From the IMG/VR virus record IMGVR_UViG_3300032318_002198: 64,000 nucleotides of DNA, one strand, 5' to 3'. This document shows, one piece after another, positions 37,863 through 45,703 of this stretch. The position numbers and the translations under genes are program-made. Position 1 is the stretch's first letter. Each line of letters starts with the position of its first letter. This DNA comes from a virus (Duplodnaviria > Heunggongvirae > Uroviricota > Caudoviricetes). The notes below the pieces were generated by a model that ran no database searches, was not told the origin of the DNA, and was given only the letters and a program-made list of their open reading frames with translations.

Positions 37863-38083
37863 ATACTACAATTAAATTGCCTGAGTCTCCCATAACAGTA
37901 TGGGATAACAAAATCCTGGTAGACTACCCATTTATATATCAATTAAACAGAGTTGGTATTTATATTGACGCATTAACATTTGCAAGAGAAAACTTTAATA
38001 CAGGTTCATATACTTGGAAAGGCACGAAGTTCTTTTTTAAGAATGAAAAAGATGCTATTTGGTTCGCATTGAGGTGGTCATGA
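37859..38083 (+). CDS. LRWS-array family member (ends NEKDAIWFALRWS)
   Basis: TCATGA junction. Confidence 0.6.
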   Translation: MNTTIKLPESPITVWDNKILVDYPFIYQLNRVGIYIDALTFARENFNTGSYTWKGTKFFFKNEKDAIWFALRWS

Positions 38084-38337
38084 AAGTAAGTCGTAGAACA
38101 ATTAATTCAGCATTTCATAACGCATCAAACACGTTTAGGAAACAATGGAATTCCACATGTTATGCCGGATACACTACTGCAGAAATAAAAAAACAATTTT
38201 GGAAAGACTTTAGTAAAGCACATAATATCAATATTACCATCAATGAATTTAAATCGGATTATTATCCTGTTATCAACGACACTATAGAATTTAATAACGA
38301 GCAAGATTATCTTATGTTTTTGTTGAGGTGGTCATGA
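38080..38337 (+). CDS. LRWS-array family member (ends NEQDYLMFLLRWS)
   Basis: GAGGTGGTCATGA junction. Confidence 0.6.
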   Translation: MKVSRRTINSAFHNASNTFRKQWNSTCYAGYTTAEIKKQFWKDFSKAHNINITINEFKSDYYPVINDTIEFNNEQDYLMFLLRWS

Positions 38338-38516
38338 AATTTGAAAAGAGAAGTAACGGATGGTTTATGACAAATATACAAGGTGATACCATTGATATTT
38401 ACATCTGGTGTCAAAAATTGTATGGGCCGTGCGGCTCACGGTGGGAACACTACTCAGGAAATTTCATGTTTCAAAAAGAATCTGACATGACAATGTTTGT
38501 ATTGAAGTGGGCATGA
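38334..38516 (+). CDS. LRWS-array family member (ends KESDMTMFVLKWA)
   Basis: GAGGTGGTCATGA junction. Confidence 0.6.
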   Translation: MKFEKRSNGWFMTNIQGDTIDIYIWCQKLYGPCGSRWEHYSGNFMFQKESDMTMFVLKWA

Positions 38517-38722
38517 TTAAGAAACAATATCACCGCCATGTCGCCGATCCTTGTTACTTTAATAATTTCTTGCAATCATTGGGCGTTGACGTTACATTAG
38601 ATAAGTTAAACGTTAAACTAACACTATATAAAGCTACTATTGCCAAGTCAAAGTTTAATAAAATAAATGTTAAATGGAATGATCCTAAATTGTATGCTTA
38701 TTTTATTTTGAGATGGTCATGA
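38513..38722 (+). CDS. LRWS-array family member (ends NDPKLYAYFILRWS)
   Basis: GTGGGCATGA junction. Confidence 0.6.
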   Translation: MIKKQYHRHVADPCYFNNFLQSLGVDVTLDKLNVKLTLYKATIAKSKFNKINVKWNDPKLYAYFILRWS

Positions 38723-38940
38723 AAACAATTAATGTATCAGCAGAAAAATGGTATAACTATTGGACACAGGCGGCTTATGTACATGGTGAATGTTACCGAG
38801 GCAGCATAGCAATGTATAAGATGCTAGAAGAAGATTATTCAATTATCAGATGGCGAGTAGGTCACTATGACGAAAATAACGTCACGATAACTTATACCGA
38901 CGAAAAGTTAATCACAAAATTTATCTTGCAATATGCATGA
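38719..38940 (+). CDS. LRWS-array family member, last in the array (ends DEKLITKFILQYA)
   Basis: AGATGGTCATGA junction. Followed by a 9-codon stub starting at GCATGA. Confidence 0.55.
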   Translation: MKTINVSAEKWYNYWTQAAYVHGECYRGSIAMYKMLEEDYSIIRWRVGHYDENNVTITYTDEKLITKFILQYA

Positions 38941-39036
38941 AAGTTAATCTTCAACTTGTTCTGTAGCAATGGTCATCCGACAGCATTGGTATTTTAACGA
39001 AATAGGCCATCAATTTTAAATGTTAAGGTTAATTAA

Positions 39037-39423
39037 ATGAATAAAAATCATGTACATTGTTTCGAAAGAGAATTTGAAGCAACAGTAACACAGTCTACTA
39101 ACAGAAGAATGCAAATAATTGAACCGTATACTCTTGATTATAAGTATCCTGGCATTACACTTCAAACAAAGTCAGTACCTGCTGTTGAAATTGTAATGCC
39201 CGAGGATCAATTTTATAATCTTCTTGAAGAAGTAGACAAAAAAAGCGATGAGAATATACATTGGTTAACCTATAAACAATATCAGAATATATACGGAACA
39301 GAATGGCCTTATCGATTTTCTGATATGATGACAAGAGAAGCACTAGAAGAAAAACTACGTAATTCAAATGCTGCACTCAAAAAAGCATGGGATTATTATC
39401 AACTGCTGTTAAAAATGTCATGA
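39037..39423 (+). CDS. Hypothetical protein
   Basis: 128 aa ORF. Confidence 0.45.
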   Translation: MNKNHVHCFEREFEATVTQSTNRRMQIIEPYTLDYKYPGITLQTKSVPAVEIVMPEDQFYNLLEEVDKKSDENIHWLTYKQYQNIYGTEWPYRFSDMMTREALEEKLRNSNAALKKAWDYYQLLLKMS

Positions 39424-39607
39424 TTAGTTTAGAAATTCCATATGAAAAATACTTCGCCGTTTGTGATTGATGTAAAAAGAATATCAGCGAACAAAAATAT
39501 TACTTACATCATAGATGTGGTGGCGATGGCTGGGAATTAATAGATCGTAAAACAATTATGATAAAAGATGAGAAAAAAGCATCGATGCTGATTTTAACAT
39601 GTTTGAC

Positions 39608-39636
39608 TTGACTATTTCCAAAAAAAAGCGTACAAT
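39608..39636 (+). promoter_or_regulatory. Sigma70-like promoter (TTGACT, 17 nt spacer, TACAAT)
   Basis: TTGACT at 39608-39613 and TACAAT at 39631-39636. Confidence 0.5.
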
Positions 39637-39714
39637 AGATGTTGTGTGCTATTAAAAAACATTTCGGAATTGAACAATGAGTCTTAATCCCTTGATACTA
39701 TTAGGAATTGAATA

Positions 39715-40035
39715 ATGACTTTGTTTAGACACATCAACAGTCTTGTTATGAACAATCAATTCTTAGAGAGCGAGGCTAACATGACACTGAGCAAATACAC
39801 ATTTGAGCGAACTGAACTCCGAACTCTACAAAATATGTGTGAGGGAGACAATGAGAAATTTCTGAACCTACTTGCTGATATGATCGGCGAGCGTGATGAA
39901 CAGATTCACCATCTTAAACAACAAATAGCCGATGACAGTTGGGACATTAACCCAGATAACATGGGTGGTGCATTCACACAAGACGAAATTGATGATGCGG
40001 TAATGGCGTTAAAAGAACATTTGGGAGTAAAATGA
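39715..40035 (+). CDS. Hypothetical protein
   Basis: 106 aa ORF. Confidence 0.45.
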   Translation: MTLFRHINSLVMNNQFLESEANMTLSKYTFERTELRTLQNMCEGDNEKFLNLLADMIGERDEQIHHLKQQIADDSWDINPDNMGGAFTQDEIDDAVMALKEHLGVK

Positions 40036-40223
40036 TGAAAGAAGGAATTGACGAGTTCTTCAAAAAATCATGGAACGTAACCGGAACTAAATTCACACCA
40101 TCTCATTTGGAATGGTTAAGTTGGCTTGGTCAACCAATGCTGTATGACGGTGGGTTATGCGTGAATCGTAACCCAGAAGAACACTTTGTTAGTGATCAGC
40201 GCCGGGGGAGTTTGATGATATGA
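40032..40223 (+). CDS. Hypothetical protein
   Basis: 63 aa ORF. Confidence 0.4.
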   Translation: MMKEGIDEFFKKSWNVTGTKFTPSHLEWLSWLGQPMLYDGGLCVNRNPEEHFVSDQRRGSLMI

Positions 40224-40435
40224 ACGAACGAATCCAACAACTTGCTGAACAAGCAGGTTTGTATGATGAAAAATCTCCCGACGAGGTACCGGAGTTCACT
40301 GCTTGTTTTGAGAAGTTTGCCGAGTTGATTATTCGGGAATGTGCGGTGTATGTCAAAAATTCAAATTGCTTTACTTACGCTAGTCAAGCAGACTTATGTG
40401 CTGAAAGAATGAAAGAACACTTCGGGGTTGAATAG
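40220..40435 (+). CDS. MNERI-family small protein
   Basis: ATGAACGAACGAAT start; KFAELIIRECAVYV...HFGVE. Confidence 0.6.
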   Translation: MNERIQQLAEQAGLYDEKSPDEVPEFTACFEKFAELIIRECAVYVKNSNCFTYASQADLCAERMKEHFGVE

Positions 40436-40689
40436 TGAACGAAGCAATGAAAAATTGTCCATTCTGCGGACATATAGTAGACATGGATAACCCAGATACT
40501 CTATACCCTAACGGCACGGGATGGGCGATTCGCTCCAATGGAATGATTAGTTATCATTCGTTCCGTGATGTGCCAAAAGAACAATGGTGTTACAGCATTC
40601 ATTGTGTAACAACATCAGGCGGATGCGGAGTTGAAATAAGTGGTAACTCTGTACAAGAATGTATTGAAAAATGGAATAGACGTTCATGA
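40435..40689 (+). CDS. Lar-family restriction-alleviation protein (zinc ribbon)
   Basis: N-terminal NCPFCGH...; C-terminal C..C...VQECIEKWNRRS matches the Lar pattern CPFCG...C..C....A..aWNrR. Confidence 0.55.
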   Translation: MNEAMKNCPFCGHIVDMDNPDTLYPNGTGWAIRSNGMISYHSFRDVPKEQWCYSIHCVTTSGGCGVEISGNSVQECIEKWNRRS

Positions 40690-40907
40690 ACCTAGAACAA
40701 ATAATTATCAAAAACAAATACAATCAAATTCAAAAAAAACTCAAGAGCGCACAGTCTGAGTTAGAACGATTGCAGGGAACTTGTGAGCATCCAAATGCTG
40801 AAGTAAAGCATAAGGGTGATAGGGGAAACTATGATCCTTCAATGGATCGATACTGGATTGAATACAATTGCCCTGACTGCGGCAAATTTTGGACAGATGA
40901 AGAATGA
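40686..40907 (+). CDS. Zn-ribbon small protein, paralogue B (C-terminal CPDCGKFW)
   Basis: About 80% nucleotide identity to 29367-29585. Confidence 0.55.
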   Translation: MNLEQIIIKNKYNQIQKKLKSAQSELERLQGTCEHPNAEVKHKGDRGNYDPSMDRYWIEYNCPDCGKFWTDEE

Positions 40908-41341
40908 ACGCTTGTAGTCATTTGCCTAATGCGGCACATATTGACCGTATTATTGAGTCTGTAAAATCACATACTAAAGTTTGGGATGCGGCTTATAATG
41001 CGGCTTGGGAGGCGGCTCAGATTGCGGCTCGGGATGAGGCTTATAATGTGGCTCGGGGTGAGGCTTGGTTTGCGGCTAGTGATGCGGCTCGGAATGCGGC
41101 TTATTATGCGGCTCGGGTCGTGGCTTCTGGTGCGGCTCGGGGTCCGGCCTGGCTTGCGGCTTCTGGTGCAGCTTGGGGTGCGATTCTAGCACTTATCGCA
41201 TACGATGATGCTGCCAAATACCTGAACATGTCTGTTGATCAATTAAAGATGTGGGCAATACTTAGTGAAGAACCAGCCGCAATTCTACTACTACCAGCAG
41301 TGATTGCATTTGAAAAAATTAGTGTATTGGAGTTGGCATGA
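40904..41341 (+). CDS. Ala-rich protein with 4-residue periodic repeats (x-A-A-[RWY])
   Basis: AAYNAAWEAAQIAARDEAYNVARGEAWFAASDAARNAAYYAARVVASGAARGPAWLAASGAAWGA. The underlying 12-nt unit NNNGCGGCTYGG repeats about 16 times. Its start reuses the MNERI-family ATGAACG. Confidence 0.5.
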   Translation: MNACSHLPNAAHIDRIIESVKSHTKVWDAAYNAAWEAAQIAARDEAYNVARGEAWFAASDAARNAAYYAARVVASGAARGPAWLAASGAAWGAILALIAYDDAAKYLNMSVDQLKMWAILSEEPAAILLLPAVIAFEKISVLELA

Positions 41342-41598
41342 ACGAACGAATTAAAGAACTATATCTCAAAGCACACAGCACTCGCTACTACGATGGTGAT
41401 CCTGCACTTGATGGAAATCCTCCTACCGTATATTGGGGTGGTGAGCGTAGTGCTGAAAAATTCGCCGAGTTGATCCTTACTGAAGTCACAGATATTCTTG
41501 CTACTTATCGTATGAAGGCTATATTTGTAGACGGTATTGAATATAATTGTCAACACCCTATCTACGCAATACGAAAACATTTTGGAGTTGAAGAATGA
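41338..41598 (+). CDS. MNERI-family small protein
   Basis: ATGAACGAACGAAT start; KFAELILTEV...HFGVEE. Confidence 0.6.
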   Translation: MNERIKELYLKAHSTRYYDGDPALDGNPPTVYWGGERSAEKFAELILTEVTDILATYRMKAIFVDGIEYNCQHPIYAIRKHFGVEE

Positions 41599-42227
41599 AC
41601 GACATTACAGGGAGGACAGATTTTATAGAAACTTGGCTAACTGAGATGCCACAAGGGCTAGGTTCATTTCCTACTTTTGATCAGGTAGAATACACAATCA
41701 AAGATCGCATTAAATCTGGTAGCCCTGTTATTGATGTATCTAACAATACAAAAAAAATTGTTGGTCAACAGGTTATGTACTATTGGGTAGAATCTTCATT
41801 TGGAGAAATTATTCTAGGAATAGAACTACAAATCAAACTTCAGGGTTTGGTAGTATCAGTTACTGGTAAAAATCCAAAATATAGTGGAAACCCGCCCTAT
41901 GCTTCTGATCTATATAATCTTATTCTCAAGGATAGTGGAAAAAGCATCAGACTTATCAGCGATGATTCATTGAGCGATGAAGGATATAGTATTTGGAAAA
42001 GGCTATTTCAACAGGGACACCATATTTCAGTATATGATCGCACATCGCCAGGCAAAAGTTTTACCACACTGAATTCCATACAGGATATGGATAGATACTT
42101 TGCTAATGACGATACTAATTTTAGACAATATCAATATGTTTTATCTGAAGCTGGAGAAGTACTGGCAGAAACAAGAAGTTACTTTAACACACGACGAATG
42201 CGTGAACTAATACCGGGGTTACTATGA
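41595..42227 (+). CDS. Hypothetical protein
   Basis: 210 aa ORF. Confidence 0.5.
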   Translation: MNDITGRTDFIETWLTEMPQGLGSFPTFDQVEYTIKDRIKSGSPVIDVSNNTKKIVGQQVMYYWVESSFGEIILGIELQIKLQGLVVSVTGKNPKYSGNPPYASDLYNLILKDSGKSIRLISDDSLSDEGYSIWKRLFQQGHHISVYDRTSPGKSFTTLNSIQDMDRYFANDDTNFRQYQYVLSEAGEVLAETRSYFNTRRMRELIPGLL

Positions 42228-42463
42228 ACGAACGAATCTATGAACTTGCAGAGAGTTGCACCGTTGATTTTGTTGATGGTCGCGGTGTGTCTCTCAGTGA
42301 AATTGATGTGGGAAAATTCGCCGAACTAATTGTTCAGGAATGTGTTACAATTTGCGAACAACAAAGAACAAAGATTTTGCAAAACCCCAACGACCCGAGT
42401 TGGACTGAGCATTTGGCAGAAGTTCAAACCAATATTAAACAACGCTTTGGAGTTGAAAAATGA
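42224..42463 (+). CDS. MNERI-family small protein
   Basis: ATGAACGAACGAATCTATGAACTTGC start, identical over 26 nt to 3948. KFAELIVQEC...RFGVEK. Confidence 0.6.
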   Translation: MNERIYELAESCTVDFVDGRGVSLSEIDVGKFAELIVQECVTICEQQRTKILQNPNDPSWTEHLAEVQTNIKQRFGVEK

Positions 42464-42681
42464 ATTGCACACATAGCAGAACCAAACAAACATATGTCAC
42501 CACAAATTGCTTTGGTGAAGAAACTGAAGGTGAATGGGAGTCTGAAACGGTTAACACTACCATAGACATTGACCTTCATCGCTATAAATGTGTACAATGC
42601 AATAAAGTAATGTATTATTCAGGTGCAGCACGTGAGTATTACGAAACTGGCTTGGATAGAAAAGGATTGTTTGAGATTTAA
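42460..42681 (+). CDS. Small Cys-containing (zinc-ribbon-like) hypothetical protein
   Basis: C..C...C..C spacing (TNCFGEE...YKCVQCNK). Confidence 0.4.
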   Translation: MNCTHSRTKQTYVTTNCFGEETEGEWESETVNTTIDIDLHRYKCVQCNKVMYYSGAAREYYETGLDRKGLFEI

Positions 42682-42696
42682 ATAACTGTTAAAAAT

Positions 42697-42960
42697 ATGG
42701 ATTCAGACCTCAGTAGATTATTGCGAAATAAAGTATCTTTTCTTCTCGGAAACGATACAAAAATCTACGTCCACAATAAAATAATTCTCATCGATTGTCC
42801 TAGAAGTTTTCCTAATAGGGGTGCAATGCAGAGTAAGATAACTCAGAATTTTAATCAAGAAAGACAACTTCGTTCTTATAAAATTATTTTTGTAGACCCT
42901 GATTCTATTATAACAAACGAATTAAGGCGATTTCGTATTCTAGCTAAAGAAATTATCTAA
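42697..42960 (+). CDS. Hypothetical protein
   Basis: 87 aa ORF. Confidence 0.4.
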   Translation: MDSDLSRLLRNKVSFLLGNDTKIYVHNKIILIDCPRSFPNRGAMQSKITQNFNQERQLRSYKIIFVDPDSIITNELRRFRILAKEII

Positions 42961-42981
42961 GAATATTTCAAGGAGTAACTA

Positions 42982-43308
42982 ATGAAATTCAGTGAACTAA
43001 AAAGATTAGTTGATCTATACTACCGAGACGACTACGAAGATCCAGAAGTGGTTATCCAAATCAAACTACCATACTCCACTGTCGGTGGTCAACCTACTGT
43101 GAAAGTAAAGAATATCCAAATGGGCTTTGATTGGGACCAAGGTAAATTCATCATAACACCAGAAGAAGACCTAACACCAAGTGATCGTGACTTTGCAAAG
43201 CAAATGAAGGATATGCAAGAGCGTGCTGGATGGGCAGACTACGAAAATCGTAATCTTAAAGCCGAGATATCAAAACTAAAGAGAAAACTAAATAATGAAA
43301 AAGTTTGA
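42982..43308 (+). CDS. Hypothetical protein
   Basis: 108 aa ORF; AAGGAG RBS. Confidence 0.5.
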   Translation: MKFSELKRLVDLYYRDDYEDPEVVIQIKLPYSTVGGQPTVKVKNIQMGFDWDQGKFIITPEEDLTPSDRDFAKQMKDMQERAGWADYENRNLKAEISKLKRKLNNEKV

Positions 43309-43918
43309 TCCGTTTGAAACTTTAACATTTGGTGTGCAACCTTGTTCGTCGTTGGTACATACCGAAGACTATAAGATCTATGAATTCCTCAACATCAAAA
43401 AATATAATGCAATAATTGCAGGTGGTTGTGCATTATCGTGGTATCAACATCAACCAGTAGGATTAAAAGATATTGACCTTTGGTTCGATAATCAAGATCA
43501 TCTTAATGAGATGTCTAGATTTTTGTCCGATTATTCATTTAATCGTCGAGCATTTCAAAGTGCAAATGCAGAAACATGGCAATGTACAGCCGATAACAAT
43601 AAAACATATCGAATACAATTAATCAAGAATTACTTCTACACCGATATACACGAGGTTATTAACAACTTTGATATTAGTGTATGTCAGATTGCAACGGACG
43701 GACATACATGGTATCACAGTGATCAATTTTGTGCTGACTTAAAAGAAAAACGTCTAAGATTTATTAAAAATACTCCAGGCAGTTTAAAAAGGTTGATAAA
43801 ATATTGGGGCTATGGTTTTCACCCCGATGATAACACTTTACATATGATTATTAATAATTCTCAAATAAAATGGGATTTTTCTGCGGAAACTGAAGAGGAG
43901 TATGCCGATGCGTTCTGA
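43295..43918 (+). CDS. Hypothetical protein
   Basis: 207 aa ORF. Confidence 0.5.
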   Translation: MKKFDPFETLTFGVQPCSSLVHTEDYKIYEFLNIKKYNAIIAGGCALSWYQHQPVGLKDIDLWFDNQDHLNEMSRFLSDYSFNRRAFQSANAETWQCTADNNKTYRIQLIKNYFYTDIHEVINNFDISVCQIATDGHTWYHSDQFCADLKEKRLRFIKNTPGSLKRLIKYWGYGFHPDDNTLHMIINNSQIKWDFSAETEEEYADAF

Positions 43919-44315
43919 ACTTGCATGGAGCTTAATTGATCCGAAACCTGTCTTTCTATACGATCCAAAATACGATGCACACATAACCATTTGGAATGGT
44001 GTTGCTATGACTAGAACGTATGCCTTGATGATCTATTCGGTTTTTTGGTGCAATATATATCCAAGTCCTTCGCAGAAAAAAGCAGCATGGGATGAATATA
44101 TAAGAATTTATCGCTCTGGCGGATTTAAGACAAGAGACTGGGATAATATCATAAATGACATTCAACCCGAACAACTGCATAATAGATTGAGTGCAATGAT
44201 GGTTATCAAAGATCCAATGTTTTTGATGAGGCTCAAAAACAAATATTCCGCCAAGGATGCGTTGAGTTGGTTTTTACCTAGTAAAGAAATCGTTGACAAG
44301 AATATTAAAATCTAG
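43902..44315 (+). CDS. Hypothetical protein
   Basis: 137 aa ORF. Confidence 0.45.
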   Translation: MPMRSELAWSLIDPKPVFLYDPKYDAHITIWNGVAMTRTYALMIYSVFWCNIYPSPSQKKAAWDEYIRIYRSGGFKTRDWDNIINDIQPEQLHNRLSAMMVIKDPMFLMRLKNKYSAKDALSWFLPSKEIVDKNIKI

Positions 44316-44327
44316 TATAATTGTTCT

Positions 44328-44795
44328 ATGAAAAAGATATTTTATGAAAAGAAAGGCCGTCGTTATGTTCCAGTTGCGGAATATGATTCGGACTATATGG
44401 ATAGTTTTCCAAAAGGTAATCATCTAGTAATGTGTTATCCTGGTGGAGCTAGTCGGCGTTTTCATATCGATCCAAACTATGCTGCTATGATTGCAGCAGG
44501 CCGAGTTGCCGAGGACAAAATTTGCTCAGCATTGGTTAAGGCTAGCGAATTAAAACCTCAACGAGTTCCTCTTACACCGGGTCAAATTGAAGCATGGAAT
44601 CGTCTAAAGAAAGAATTTGGCGATGATATGTACGGTCTACGTGGCGTTAGTGTCCGAGACTGTGTGGAAGAAGGAATGAATTCAATGATGGAAGAAGCAA
44701 ACAAATTAATGACCAATCCTGTTGTCAAAAAAGCGTTTGAAAATTTTATATTGGTGTGTGAACTTACTAAGGAGAAAGAAAATGATCACAATTAA
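44328..44795 (+). CDS. Hypothetical protein
   Basis: 155 aa ORF. Confidence 0.45.
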   Translation: MKKIFYEKKGRRYVPVAEYDSDYMDSFPKGNHLVMCYPGGASRRFHIDPNYAAMIAAGRVAEDKICSALVKASELKPQRVPLTPGQIEAWNRLKKEFGDDMYGLRGVSVRDCVEEGMNSMMEEANKLMTNPVVKKAFENFILVCELTKEKENDHN

Positions 44796-45357
44796 AACTT
44801 GGATGGAAATTTTTAACTATCGCATTACCGAAGGTGATACCTACGGTTGGCAGTGCTATGGGCAAAATGCATACCAACTGTCTGCGTGGAATGGAATTCA
44901 TGACACCGGCGGTTGGAGTGGCAACATTGTTATTGATTCCGAAAATCAAACAGTCTACGAAGTAACAGTATGCGATTATACTAACCAACGTGCATATCGC
45001 ATAATTAATCCCGATTATACGAAGTCTTATAATGAAGAAGCTAAATCTCGTGGTGTATCTGCTAATGAAGCATGGGATGACGTTAACTACGTTGATCTTG
45101 AAGTAGACGAAGATTGGATTGCTAAGTCGCAAGCGATTGTTGATGGTCAAGATTATGATACTCGTATTAGTGTTCCTATTGATCTTCGTGATGATGAATT
45201 GTTAGTACTATTCAAAATGGCACACGAAAAAAATATGACTTTTAACGATTTTGTCGAAGAGATTCTTGTTCAGGCATTAGCTAGGTACGAAAGCGATCCT
45301 GCTCTTGCAAAAAAACATTCAGAAGAATTTAGACCTTCTGTTCCACACGGATATTGA
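44782..45357 (+). CDS. Hypothetical protein (start set at Met21 after GGAGAAAGAAA RBS)
   Basis: 192 aa. Confidence 0.45.
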   Translation: MITIKTWMEIFNYRITEGDTYGWQCYGQNAYQLSAWNGIHDTGGWSGNIVIDSENQTVYEVTVCDYTNQRAYRIINPDYTKSYNEEAKSRGVSANEAWDDVNYVDLEVDEDWIAKSQAIVDGQDYDTRISVPIDLRDDELLVLFKMAHEKNMTFNDFVEEILVQALARYESDPALAKKHSEEFRPSVPHGY

Positions 45358-45358
45358 A

Positions 45359-45610
45359 ATGACATTACCTGACGAGAGATATCGTAGTTTAGTGCAAACT
45401 AAAAACTTTCTTACAGAACTATTGTATCCAAGTTTAACTCCACGAGTTCCTAAAATCGTTAGACAACGGGCACGTAGTCTACTACGTCATTGGCCCGATG
45501 ACTATCATCTAAACTTAATGTGTGAGAATATGCCAGGTGCGTTTGCTAAACAAATGGAACCATTATATCGAATGACGAAACAATACGATATTGAAAAAAA
45601 TAACAAGTAA
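45359..45610 (+). CDS. Hypothetical protein
   Basis: Start just after the previous stop; basic protein. Confidence 0.4.
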   Translation: MTLPDERYRSLVQTKNFLTELLYPSLTPRVPKIVRQRARSLLRHWPDDYHLNLMCENMPGAFAKQMEPLYRMTKQYDIEKNNK

Positions 45611-45614
45611 ATTA

Positions 45615-45640
45615 ATGCACCTTAGGGTGCATTTTTTATT
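45615..45640 (+). terminator. Rho-independent terminator (ATGCACC-TTAG-GGTGCAT followed by T6ATT)
   Basis: 7-bp stem plus T-run immediately after the 45610 stop. Confidence 0.7.
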
Positions 45641-45703
45641 TGTAGATACTTGTTTTATTAAACATTAGAGTATATTATTATCTAAGAGATCGAGGAATAA
45701 TAA

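Larger units (their letters stand above)
34056..38940 (+). repeat. Tandem array of at least 16 paralogous small genes (60-110 aa) with conserved C-terminal aromatic-x-KD/EP-K...MF-[ILV]-L-[RK]-W-[SA] and conserved junction TTGAGGTGGTCATGA
   Basis: C-termini read FILRWS, FLLRWA, FLLRWS, YMLRWS, FVLRWS, FLLKWS, WILKWS, FALRWS, FVLKWA and FILRWS. Each stop overlaps the next ATG (TCATGA). Confidence 0.8.

Noticed and set aside
34056-38940. CRISPR-like or other noncoding repeat array suggested by the regularly spaced conserved TTGAGGTGGTCATGA junctions
   Set aside because: The spacing is irregular (180-330 nt), and each interval is a complete ORF with coding periodicity. The repeats are gene junctions, not direct repeats separated by spacers.
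40986-41189. ORF encoding (MRLG/RLI)n repeats
   Set aside because: It is the alternative-frame reading of the 12-nt tandem repeat inside the Ala-rich gene, not an independent gene.
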